From the NCBI GenBank assembly GCA_039920385.1, contig JBDSDR010000013.1:1-57779 (forward strand): 57,779 nt of DNA, in the 5' to 3' direction. Shown one piece after another: positions 1-8,884 of this stretch (positions are counted from its first letter, which is position 1; every line of letters begins with the position of its first letter). The position numbers were made by a program, and so were the translations under genes. The notes beneath the pieces were generated by a model. The model saw nothing but the letters and a program-made list of their open reading frames with translations, was not told the origin of the DNA and searched no databases. The DNA is from Candidatus Saccharimonadales bacterium (GTDB taxonomy: Bacteria; Patescibacteriota; Saccharimonadia; Saccharimonadales; JAUPVS01).

Positions 1-246
1 GAATCACCCCATGGCATCTACTATGAAGGTACGGCTGAGCACATGACTAGCCAAGCTGAACGCGAAAAAGTCTTTCCATTTTTTGAAAAACAGCAACAGG
101 CTGGCAGGGACATCTTAGATAAAGCTAATGACCCAACTGGCAATCAGTTTTATAAAATTACTGTTAAAAATTGGTACGCCTTTGGCAAATTTGGCGGTGA
201 CCAAAACTTGAAGTACGAACTTAAATGGAATGGTGGTAAGAAATGA
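1..246 (+). CDS. hypothetical protein, C-terminal fragment (ORF is open from base 1, so the ATG at 43 is probably internal)
   Basis: Frame 1 has no stop from base 1 to TGA 244-246. Its stop overlaps the next start (ATGA at 243-246). No motif recognised. Confidence 0.4.
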   Translation, partial: ESPHGIYYEGTAEHMTSQAEREKVFPFFEKQQQAGRDILDKANDPTGNQFYKITVKNWYAFGKFGGDQNLKYELKWNGGKK

Positions 247-1127
247 ACATTCCCACTAAAAAACTAGCTAGCGGATTTGAGCTACCGGTTTATGGACTTG
301 GCTTGTGGCAAGTGGGTGGACGTTGGGAGGCTGATGCTTCGAATGATGAGAATGAAATCAAAGCAATTCGGGCAGCGTTCGACCTAGGTATTACTCATAT
401 CGATACGGCCGAAGCCTACGGCAATGGCCATGCCGAAGAATTGCTCGGTAAAGCCCTGGAAGGTTATGATCGCTCGAAGCTATTTATTGCCACCAAAGTC
501 TCTAAAGAAAATCAAAGATACGACGATGTTCATAAATCATTTCAGGCTAGCCTAAAACGCATCGGTACTAATTATATTGACCTGTATTTGCTCCATCGCT
601 ATCCATTGCCAGGTATCCCGATTGCAGAAACGATGCGAGCGCTTGATGAACTCGTCGAGCAAGGTTTGGTTAAGAATATTGGGGTGTGCAATATGTCGCC
701 TGGCCGCTTTGCCGAGGCTCAAAAGCACACCAAGAATAAACTGGTCTGTAATCAGGTACACTACAATGTTGTCTATCGTGAAGTAGAAAAGAAAGACGTG
801 CTGCAAGACGCACAAGATAACGATGTTATGCTGGTGGCCTGGCGTCCGCTTCAAAAAGGCGAATTATCTGACAATCCTTTAATGATTGAACTTGCTAAGA
901 AATACAACAAAACAGCAAACCAGGTTGCGATTAACTGGCTAATCTCACAAAAGAATGTGGTAACGATTTCTAAAACAAGTAACATCGACCATCTTAAAGA
1001 AAATCTTGGTGCGCTAGACTGGGTTATGAGTAATGAAGATGTGGAACGAATTCGTGCCGAGTATCCGGATCAACAGGATGTCTCTGATGCGGTACCATTA
1101 GACTATGAGGCGGACGTAGCAGTATGA
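243..1127 (+). CDS. aldo/keto reductase family oxidoreductase
   Basis: 294 aa. Typical AKR N-terminus: GLGLWQVGG...AIRAAFDLGITHIDTAEAYGNGHAEELLGKAL...IDLYLLHR. Confidence 0.85.
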   Translation: MNIPTKKLASGFELPVYGLGLWQVGGRWEADASNDENEIKAIRAAFDLGITHIDTAEAYGNGHAEELLGKALEGYDRSKLFIATKVSKENQRYDDVHKSFQASLKRIGTNYIDLYLLHRYPLPGIPIAETMRALDELVEQGLVKNIGVCNMSPGRFAEAQKHTKNKLVCNQVHYNVVYREVEKKDVLQDAQDNDVMLVAWRPLQKGELSDNPLMIELAKKYNKTANQVAINWLISQKNVVTISKTSNIDHLKENLGALDWVMSNEDVERIRAEYPDQQDVSDAVPLDYEADVAV

Positions 1128-1642
1128 AAACAATCTTAACCATCAAGAACCAAGACATTAGCCCCGATTCACCAGTACTGGATGATTCTAAGTTTGCAAC
1201 CCGCCAAGCGGCACGGGCTGTATTGTTGGATAGAGATGGTGGTGTCTTTTTACTGAAGGTTGGCTTGCATAACTATCACAAGCTACCGGGTGGTGGTATT
1301 GATGAGGGTGAGGATATTAAAGAAGCCTTGGCTCGAGAACTAATGGAAGAGCTTGGCTGTCAGGGTGAGGTTATAGCCGAACTAGGTACTATTATTCAAC
1401 ACCTAGACGAGTTTGAACTCGTGCAGACATCATACTGCTATTTAGCTAAGCAAACGGGTGAACAAGTTGAGGCAGCCTTGGAAGAAGGCGAAATCGCCGA
1501 GGGCTTACACGAAGTAAAAGCCGGCAGCATCGATGAAGCGATTAAATTGCTTGAAAATGACGTACCAAATAACTACGAAGGCCGGTTTATCCAAAAGCGC
1601 GACTTGGCATTTTTGAAGGCAGCGAAAGAGGCGATGAAATGA
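1124..1642 (+). CDS. NUDIX hydrolase
   Basis: Nudix box GGGIDEGEDIKEALARELMEELG. ATGA overlap with the upstream gene. Confidence 0.8.
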   Translation: MKTILTIKNQDISPDSPVLDDSKFATRQAARAVLLDRDGGVFLLKVGLHNYHKLPGGGIDEGEDIKEALARELMEELGCQGEVIAELGTIIQHLDEFELVQTSYCYLAKQTGEQVEAALEEGEIAEGLHEVKAGSIDEAIKLLENDVPNNYEGRFIQKRDLAFLKAAKEAMK

Positions 1643-1908
1643 AAATCGAGAAAAAAGTTACTCAAAAATGGTTCGAGCAGATTATGAATGGTCAAAAGAC
1701 CTTTGAACTTCGTTTGGCTGATTGGAAGTGTGAACCGGGCGATAGTTTGGTACTGGTAGAGATTGATGAATCACGAAATCCAACCGGCCGTACGTTAGAA
1801 CGACAAGTCGGCACAATCGTTAAAACTAAAGACATCGACTACTTCACTAAGGAAGAAATTGCGGAACATGGATATCAGGTTATTTCGTTATTGGAGGTAT
1901 CCAAATGA
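1639..1908 (+). CDS. ASCH/DUF3850-like small protein
   Basis: 89 aa. KWFEQIMNGQKTFELRLADWKCEPGDSLVLVEID resembles the ASCH/DUF3850 beta-barrel signature (from memory). ATGA overlaps on both sides. Confidence 0.5.
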   Translation: MKIEKKVTQKWFEQIMNGQKTFELRLADWKCEPGDSLVLVEIDESRNPTGRTLERQVGTIVKTKDIDYFTKEEIAEHGYQVISLLEVSK

Positions 1909-4415
1909 AAATCTCCCTCAACGCCATCCGCCAACTGGGCTACGGTAAACTCGTAGACTTGCCGGTTGATGAGCTGGTTAAAAAAATTGGTGCCCAGTTG
2001 GGTGAAGTCGAAGAAGTTATTAATGTCGGTGAAAAGTATGACAAGATTTTGGCCGTTAAAGTGGTTGGTTGCGTTAAGCACCCTAATGCCGACAAGCTCA
2101 GCCTGTGTAAGATTGACGATGGCGGCAAGGCCAAAGGTGTTACGCGCGACGAGCAAGGTTACGTCCAAGTGGTTTGTGGCGCACCGAATGTCCGCGAAGG
2201 TTTAACCGTCGCTTGGCTGCCGCCGGGCAGCATCGTCCCCAGCACCTTCGATAAAGAAAAATTCACACTAGAAGCAAGAGACCTGCGCGGTGAAACCAGT
2301 AATGGCATGTTAGCCAGCCCGGCAGAGCTCGCTATTGGTGACAACCACGATGGCATCCTCGAAATCGACAAGGACGCCAAGCCCGGTACACCATTTGCCG
2401 AGGTCTACGCGTTGGACGACTATATTATTGATGTCGAGAATAAGATGTTTACGCATCGGCCGGATTGTTTTGGGTTGTTGGGTGTGGCCCGTGAGCTGGC
2501 CGGGATTCAGGACCTGCCATTTAAGTCGCCCAACTGGTACATCCGCCCACTCGAAATCGAGAACACTGGCGATCCAGCCGTTAAAGGCCTCGAAGTCACT
2601 AACGAAATTCCTAAACTGGTGCCACGCTACCAAGCCTTAGTGATGAGTGGCGTCAAAGTTGGGCCCAGCCCAATTTGGTTGCAAGTCTTCCTGGCCAAAA
2701 TGGGCGCTAAGTCGATCAACAACATTGTTGATATGACCAACTTTGTGATGCTGACCACCGGCCAGCCATTGCACGCTTTTGACTTCGACAAAGTTGCTGT
2801 AGGTGGCAAAGCCCAGATTGTGGTCCGACATCCTAAAAAGGGCGAGAAGCTCAGTTTATTAGACGGCAAGACAATTGAGCCAAGAAAAGACGCAATTTTA
2901 ATTGCCGACCACAGCAAAGCCATCGCTCTGGGTGGTGTCATGGGTGGCAATAATAGCGAGATCAGTAGCGACACCAAACGAATTATTATTGAATCCGCCA
3001 ACTTTGATATGTATAACATTCGCCGTACCAGTATGGCCCACGGCCTGTTTACCGATGCGGTGACCCGGTTCAATAAAGGCCAAAGCCCGTGGCAAACCGA
3101 AGCGGTGCTGGCCTGGGCGGCCGAGCTAACCAAAGAGTTTAGTCCCAGTGCGCATGTGGTTGGCAAACCAGTCGACAACAAAAAGCATCTGGCTAAAAAC
3201 CCTACGGTTACAGTTGGTGCGACCTTTATTAACGACCGACTGGGCCTGAAATTAAAAGTCCCGCAAATCGCTAAGCGACTCGAAAACGTGGAGTTCCATG
3301 TGGAGCATCACGGCGACCAGCTCGAAGTCACCGCACCATTCTGGCGAACCGATATCGCCATACCAGAAGATATTGTCGAAGAAGTCGGCCGGCTGATCGG
3401 CTACGACCAGTTACCAGTCGACTTACCAAAGCGCGACCTAACGCCAGCTAACCCGGACGAAAAACTGAGCTTCAAAAAACGCTTGCGGGATATCTTAAGT
3501 AAAGCCGGTGCCAACGAAGTCTTAACTTACAGCTTTGTGCATGGCAATTTGCTAACCAAAACCGGCCAAGACCCCAAGCAGGCCTTTGAGCTGAGCAACG
3601 CGCTCAGCCCGGATCTGCAGTATTACCGGATGTCGCTGATGCCGTCGCTACTGGACAAGGTCCATGGCAACATCAAGGCCGGTTATGACCAGTTTGCGTT
3701 GTTTGAGATGAACAAGGTGCACAGCAAGGTGTACCCCAAAGATGAGGATGGCCTTCCGGCCGAATACGACATGCTGGCCCTCGTCTTTGCGGCCAACGAT
3801 AAAGCGGCCAAACAGTACGCCGGCGCGCCCTACTACCAAGCTCGCACCTACCTGGACTACCTTGCCGAACAACTGGGCCTGTCTTTGACATACGCGCCTA
3901 TCGACAAACCAATCGACTACGCCTCGATGCAACCTTACGACCAAAGCCGCAGCGCCATCGTCTCGGTAACCGGAACGGACATTGTCTTGGGTGCGGTTGG
4001 CGAATTCCGAGCAGAAGTATTAGCTAACTTGAAGTTGCCCGCATTTACAGCCGGCTTCGCGGTTGGCTTGGGCGAACTTCAGGAAGCAGCGACTACATCG
4101 GTTAATGGCTATGCGCCACTGGCGAAGTATCCACGGACGAGTCAGGATGTCAGCTTTAAGCTTTTAGGCGACGTGAGCTACGCTGCAGTGGCTTCTGTTA
4201 TGACTGCAGGTTTGGAAGCAGCGGCTGCAGCGCATGGCTACGAATTTTCTTTGGAACCACTGGATATTTACGCACCAGCTGAAGGCTTGAAGCACGTGGC
4301 ATTGCGGGTGACTTTGTGGCACGCGGAACGAACACTTAAGACAAGTGAAGTGAGTGATGTGATGAGCGAGTTGGCCTTGAGGGTAAAGAGTGAGCTGAAG
4401 GGCGAACGGATTTAA
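1905..4415 (+). CDS. pheT: phenylalanine--tRNA ligase beta subunit
   Basis: 836 aa. N-terminal tRNA-binding domain (VKHPNADKLSLCKIDDG...VVCGAPN), B3/4 domain (NNIVDMTNFVMLTTGQPLHAFD), B5 domain and C-terminal anticodon-binding-like domain. Confidence 0.95.
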   Translation: MKISLNAIRQLGYGKLVDLPVDELVKKIGAQLGEVEEVINVGEKYDKILAVKVVGCVKHPNADKLSLCKIDDGGKAKGVTRDEQGYVQVVCGAPNVREGLTVAWLPPGSIVPSTFDKEKFTLEARDLRGETSNGMLASPAELAIGDNHDGILEIDKDAKPGTPFAEVYALDDYIIDVENKMFTHRPDCFGLLGVARELAGIQDLPFKSPNWYIRPLEIENTGDPAVKGLEVTNEIPKLVPRYQALVMSGVKVGPSPIWLQVFLAKMGAKSINNIVDMTNFVMLTTGQPLHAFDFDKVAVGGKAQIVVRHPKKGEKLSLLDGKTIEPRKDAILIADHSKAIALGGVMGGNNSEISSDTKRIIIESANFDMYNIRRTSMAHGLFTDAVTRFNKGQSPWQTEAVLAWAAELTKEFSPSAHVVGKPVDNKKHLAKNPTVTVGATFINDRLGLKLKVPQIAKRLENVEFHVEHHGDQLEVTAPFWRTDIAIPEDIVEEVGRLIGYDQLPVDLPKRDLTPANPDEKLSFKKRLRDILSKAGANEVLTYSFVHGNLLTKTGQDPKQAFELSNALSPDLQYYRMSLMPSLLDKVHGNIKAGYDQFALFEMNKVHSKVYPKDEDGLPAEYDMLALVFAANDKAAKQYAGAPYYQARTYLDYLAEQLGLSLTYAPIDKPIDYASMQPYDQSRSAIVSVTGTDIVLGAVGEFRAEVLANLKLPAFTAGFAVGLGELQEAATTSVNGYAPLAKYPRTSQDVSFKLLGDVSYAAVASVMTAGLEAAAAAHGYEFSLEPLDIYAPAEGLKHVALRVTLWHAERTLKTSEVSDVMSELALRVKSELKGERI

Positions 4416-7400
4416 TGGCAAGCTTATTTGGAAAAAACAAACTTCGTGACATAGCGACAAAACTACAGACTTCTGACCTTGAAGATAAAATTGCTATCGT
4501 TAATACTTGGCACAATGATTACCACAACGGGAGCCTGAAAGCAGACAAAGAAACCTCTCGTGAGCAAGCCTACAACCAAGACTTTTTCATTAGGATACTT
4601 GGCTACAAAGAAAAACCCGCTGTTCCATATAGCCTTGAGCCAAAAGCTACAACTGATAAAGGTCAACTTCCTGACGCTGTACTTAGCCACACTGACGTTA
4701 CACAAGACATCAAGAACATCTCGGCAGTTGTTGAGCTAAAAGGTGCAAGCGTTGAGCTAGACCGACCACAACGTCGTGAGGGCAATATGAGTCCTGTTCA
4801 ACAGGGCTTCAAATACAAAACCCAGTATCGTAACTGCCCGTTTGTAGTTGTGAGCAACTTCTGGGAGTTCCGACTCTACCACGATAATCAACTGGATTAC
4901 GAGCTATGGACGCTTGATGACCTTGTAGACCCTAGCGATGACTACCTTAAGTTCAAAACTTTCTACACGCTACTGCACAGCAATAACCTCACTACGCCCA
5001 AAGGTGCAAGCAAGACAGAGGGTTGGCTTAGCGATATTCGCTTTGAGCAAGAAGAAATCGGTAAGAAGTTTTACAAGGTATATCGTGAAGCACGACTAGA
5101 ACTGCTACGAGATATATACCGACACAACGAAGATGTGCGGTCAGATATTAACATGGGTATTGAGAAAGCCCAGAAGATTATTGACCGTATAGTGTTTGCC
5201 TGTTTCGCAGAAGACAGAGGTTTACTGCCAGACGATACATTGAAGCGTGTCATTCAAGCAGCAGACAACTCAACGTTCGGTGGCTCACTATGGTCAACAT
5301 TCAAAGCTTTCTTTGAAGCTATTGACGTTGGTAGCACCAAGCTAGAAATACCAGATGGCTATAACGGTGGACTCTTTGCGCATGACGCTGAACTAAACGG
5401 CTTTAAGATTAGCGATGGCTCATTACTAAAAGTTGCCAACATCAGCGACTACAACTTCGTTGAGGATTTAAGCGTCAACATCTTAGGGCATATCTTTGAA
5501 CAGTCCATTAGTGATTTAGAGGAAATCAAGAGCAAGGTTGAGGAAAGTAAAAGTCTAGAATCTATCCAACAATCACGGCGCAAAAAAGACGGCATATTCT
5601 ATACGCCCGATTACATAGTTCGTTACATCGTAGATAACTCTTTGGGTGCTTACCTGCGAGAAGAAGAAGAACGAGTAAAGACACAGTTTAGGCTAAAGGG
5701 CGACATCACTGATAAAAGTTACGTAAAACGTGAGCAACAGGCTTACGGCAAATATCAAGAATTCCTACAAAACGTAAAAGTAGTAGACCCCGCTTGTGGT
5801 TCAGGAGCATTCTTGGTTTATGTTTTTGACTACCTATTAGCAGAGAACAAACGTGTAGCGAGTATTCTAGGCAATAACTTATTTAGTAGTGAAAACTACA
5901 TAAAAGATATTCTAAAGAACAATATTTACGGCGTAGATCTGAATGAGGAGTCTGTTGAAATTACTAAGCTATCGCTTTGGCTTAAGTCTGCTCAAAAAGG
6001 TAAGAAACTTACATCGCTAGATAACAATATAAAGTGTGGCAATAGTCTGCTTGTAGATTGGAAAGATACCTTCCCCGAAGTCTTCAAGAACGGTGGTTTT
6101 GATGTTGTTGTAATGAACCCTCCATACGTTAAAGAATCAGCAGGAAAGCAAATATTTGCAGAATTACATAACAAGTCTTTGTATCAAGGGAAGATGGATT
6201 TATGGTATTTCTTCGGCGGACTTGCCCTAGATATTGTGAAAGCAAATACTGGCATAATAGGATTAATTGCCCCAAATAATTGGGTTACCAATGACGGAGC
6301 AAGTAAGTTTAGGAACAGGATAGTTGCAGACGCCCACATAGATAAGTTCATTGATTTCAGTAACTTCAAAGTTTTTGACCAAGCTGGTATACAAACAATG
6401 ATTGCTGTTATCAGACGAAAGAACGAGCAACCAAAGTATGAATTAGACTACTCAAGGATTGCAGATAATAGTGTAGGCGTTGAAAGTATAAAAGACTTTC
6501 TGAATGCAATTACTGACCCACGCTTCGTTTACTTCAAGTCTAATTTTAACAGGTCAAGACTAGTAAATAACATATTTTCATTTGCGAATGCACACGACGA
6601 GAAATTGCTTTCAAAAATCGCAAGTAAATCTAACCTGCAACTTGAAGCGAGTGAAATTTTTTCGGGTATTGATATCGGGCAAGACTATGTGAATAAAAAA
6701 TCTCAAGAAAAGTTAGGTGATAGTGCGAAAATTGGTGATGGAGTATTTAACCTTTCGCAACAAGAATACAATAAGCTAAATCCAAATTATGCCGAGAAAG
6801 AATTAATCCAGCCTTTCTACACAACAAAACAAATAAACAGGTATCTGGCAAATAAGCAAAACACAAGTTGGGTAATCTATACAGATTCAAAGTTTAAGAA
6901 TCCTGATAATATCCAGCCTTATAAAAACGTAAAGAATCATTTAGATAAATACCAATCAATTATAACGTCTGCAAATAAGCCATACGGGCTACATCGCTCA
7001 AGAGATAAAGAAGTATTCTTGGGAGAAAAAATACTATCTATACGTAAATGCTCTCGTCCTTCATTTGCATATGTTAATTTTGATGCATACGTGAATAGAA
7101 CTTTTAATATCATCAAGACTGACAGGTTAAATTTACGCTACCTAAGTGCAATATTAAACTCACGTCTTGTTGCATATTGGTTACTTAAAAGAGGCAAACT
7201 CCAAGGTGAGCTGTATCAAGTTGACGTTAACCCAATTAGGTCTATACCAATTGCAATTGCTGATGACCAAGAGCAATTAGCAAATCTGGCGAAGAAAATC
7301 AGTGAACTAAATTTTAAACTCTCTGAACGTGATAATAGATTTCAGCAACTACTTAAGTCAGAATTAGGACTAAGCAAAAGGTCTGTAAGGCTAAGTCATT

Positions 7401-7621
7401 GGTGGAATTTAGATTTCACTGAATTTGTACTATCTTTAGGAGCAAATCTTTCATTAATTCAAAAAGACGAACTCTTGCAGCTATACGATAAATACCGTAC
7501 GGAACTGGTAAACATAGGTTCAGAGATTCAAAAAGTTGATAATGAAATTGACCAAATTGTCTACAGATTATACGGACTAAACAAGGAAGAAATAGATTCA
7601 GTCGAGCGTCATACGAAATGA
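4415..7621 (+). CDS. single-polypeptide type IIG (MmeI-like/type IIL) restriction endonuclease / N6-adenine DNA methyltransferase
   Basis: 1068 aa. N-terminal PD-ExK-like motifs (PDAVL with D at 4673-4675; VVELK with E 4733-4735 and K 4739-4741; QQGFKYK). Helical spacer (FACFAEDRGLLP). Gamma-class MTase motif order: X (GIFYTPDYIV), I (VVDPACGSGAFLV, 5786-5806), IV (VVMNPPYV, NPPY at 6115-6126). C-terminal TaqI_C-like TRD (LSAILNSRLVAYWLL). Confidence 0.8.
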   Translation: MASLFGKNKLRDIATKLQTSDLEDKIAIVNTWHNDYHNGSLKADKETSREQAYNQDFFIRILGYKEKPAVPYSLEPKATTDKGQLPDAVLSHTDVTQDIKNISAVVELKGASVELDRPQRREGNMSPVQQGFKYKTQYRNCPFVVVSNFWEFRLYHDNQLDYELWTLDDLVDPSDDYLKFKTFYTLLHSNNLTTPKGASKTEGWLSDIRFEQEEIGKKFYKVYREARLELLRDIYRHNEDVRSDINMGIEKAQKIIDRIVFACFAEDRGLLPDDTLKRVIQAADNSTFGGSLWSTFKAFFEAIDVGSTKLEIPDGYNGGLFAHDAELNGFKISDGSLLKVANISDYNFVEDLSVNILGHIFEQSISDLEEIKSKVEESKSLESIQQSRRKKDGIFYTPDYIVRYIVDNSLGAYLREEEERVKTQFRLKGDITDKSYVKREQQAYGKYQEFLQNVKVVDPACGSGAFLVYVFDYLLAENKRVASILGNNLFSSENYIKDILKNNIYGVDLNEESVEITKLSLWLKSAQKGKKLTSLDNNIKCGNSLLVDWKDTFPEVFKNGGFDVVVMNPPYVKESAGKQIFAELHNKSLYQGKMDLWYFFGGLALDIVKANTGIIGLIAPNNWVTNDGASKFRNRIVADAHIDKFIDFSNFKVFDQAGIQTMIAVIRRKNEQPKYELDYSRIADNSVGVESIKDFLNAITDPRFVYFKSNFNRSRLVNNIFSFANAHDEKLLSKIASKSNLQLEASEIFSGIDIGQDYVNKKSQEKLGDSAKIGDGVFNLSQQEYNKLNPNYAEKELIQPFYTTKQINRYLANKQNTSWVIYTDSKFKNPDNIQPYKNVKNHLDKYQSIITSANKPYGLHRSRDKEVFLGEKILSIRKCSRPSFAYVNFDAYVNRTFNIIKTDRLNLRYLSAILNSRLVAYWLLKRGKLQGELYQVDVNPIRSIPIAIADDQEQLANLAKKISELNFKLSERDNRFQQLLKSELGLSKRSVRLSHWWNLDFTEFVLSLGANLSLIQKDELLQLYDKYRTELVNIGSEIQKVDNEIDQIVYRLYGLNKEEIDSVERHTK

Positions 7622-8349
7622 GCAAAACCGATAAACAACTCGGTAATAGTAAATCAGACTGGTCTGCCATAGTAGCCAAGGCAAGTTTGGGTGCAGTCCC
7701 TATTGCAGGCAGTTTCTTGTCAGAAATTGTTTCGGCTTTGATTCCAAATCAACGAATTGAACGAATCGCTAAGTTTGCCAATGAACTCAATACTAAGTTA
7801 GAAAAATTGCCAGACGAAGTAATAAAGAAGTTGAGGGATAATGAGCTGTTTATCGATTTAGTAGAAGATAGTTTTTTCAGAACTGTCCGAGCCAGTTCAG
7901 AAGAAAGGCGGCGATATATATTGAATATCGTCCAAAACGGTATCTCTGAAGATGATGCAACAATAAATAATGCAAAGTATCTATTGGGCTTGTTGTCTGA
8001 GATAAATGATAATGAGGTAATTTGGCTACGCTACTTCCACGAGCGGACATTAAGCGACAAGAGCAAATTCCAATCTTTACACAAAAATATTCTTTCACCA
8101 GTACAGGTCGTATTGGGGTCTCACAAAGAAGAGCGACAACGTGGTGCAATCCAAGAAAGTTACAAGGAGCACCTTTTGCGACTTGGACTTATACGAGACG
8201 ATATAAAAATGAACAAAGACCTAGGTGTACCTGAATACGATTCATTTACTAACAAGCCAAAGGTTTCATATTCAGAGGCTACTACACTAGGTAATATGTT
8301 ATTGGAGAAAATTGGTTTGATTGAAACAAAGGTTGAATTAGGAAGATGA
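7618..8349 (+). CDS. hypothetical protein; N-terminus resembles Abi-alpha/DUF4393 (tentative)
   Basis: 243 aa. ATGA overlap with the R-M gene stop (7618-7621). N-terminal segment ASLGAVPIAGSFLSEIVSALIPNQRIERIAKFANELNTKLEKLPDEV resembles the Abi_alpha N-terminal pattern as I remember it. The rest is helical with no catalytic motif. Confidence 0.45.
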   Translation: MSKTDKQLGNSKSDWSAIVAKASLGAVPIAGSFLSEIVSALIPNQRIERIAKFANELNTKLEKLPDEVIKKLRDNELFIDLVEDSFFRTVRASSEERRRYILNIVQNGISEDDATINNAKYLLGLLSEINDNEVIWLRYFHERTLSDKSKFQSLHKNILSPVQVVLGSHKEERQRGAIQESYKEHLLRLGLIRDDIKMNKDLGVPEYDSFTNKPKVSYSEATTLGNMLLEKIGLIETKVELGR

Positions 8350-8870
8350 AACTAACCGAATATCACACAGCAGTGCTTAACTTCTTAGCCCAAAACAAGT
8401 ACGGAAAACGTCGAGAAGATAAAATATACCAAGAGCTCACTGTAGGACCATTAAATCGCCAGAATATTAAAACGATTCTGCGTGACCTGGAACAGGCTGG
8501 CTTAATAGTACCGATTACTATTCCGGAACAAGAAATACAGTTTATTGCCGAAATGTCTGAGACCCCTGTGACAAATGTGGGATACAGGATAACGCAGCTA
8601 GGGAAAGACGCAAGCACTAGCGTACGCAGCAATGTTACAAACAATACGTATGCAAATATAAGCAACTCTGCCATAGCTCATAACTCGCCTCACGCCACTC
8701 AATCAATCAATATTGAAGAGCTATCCGAAGACTTGCGTCAGAAATACCAAGAGCTACAAGACGCAGTAGCAAGAAAAGATAGTTCGGCTATGAAGAAAGC
8801 CTTTGGATATATAGCTGATAAGTCTGTAGATGTAGCAATAGCAATTATCACAAGAAATTTACTGCCATAG
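8346..8870 (+). CDS. hypothetical protein with N-terminal winged-helix (MarR/PadR-like) fold
   Basis: 174 aa. ATGA overlap at 8346-8349. EYHTAVLNFLAQ...EDKIYQEL...RQNIKTILRDLEQAGLIV...VGYRITQLGKD fits a helix-turn-helix plus wing. A low-complexity linker is followed by a C-terminal helix. Confidence 0.45.
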   Translation: MKLTEYHTAVLNFLAQNKYGKRREDKIYQELTVGPLNRQNIKTILRDLEQAGLIVPITIPEQEIQFIAEMSETPVTNVGYRITQLGKDASTSVRSNVTNNTYANISNSAIAHNSPHATQSINIEELSEDLRQKYQELQDAVARKDSSAMKKAFGYIADKSVDVAIAIITRNLLP

Positions 8871-8884
8871 GTTTTCAAAATAAT

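Noticed and set aside
552-854. Many antisense or alternate-frame ORFs of 60-184 aa in the track lie inside confident genes. Examples: 552-854, 2627-3181, 12158-12586, 13048-13569, 22261-22797, 41874-42338 and 51388-51720.
   Set aside because: They lie wholly within well-supported CDSs carrying clear family motifs. They have low-complexity or Ser/Arg/Leu-rich compositions typical of shadow frames, and no start-site signals.
4415-7621. The possibility that the large methyltransferase is BREX PglX, or part of a DISARM-type or type I system.
   Set aside because: No PglZ, BrxC, BrxL, helicase, HsdR or HsdS genes are present in the island. The protein also has its own PD-ExK-like N-terminus and TRD, which fits a stand-alone type IIG enzyme better.
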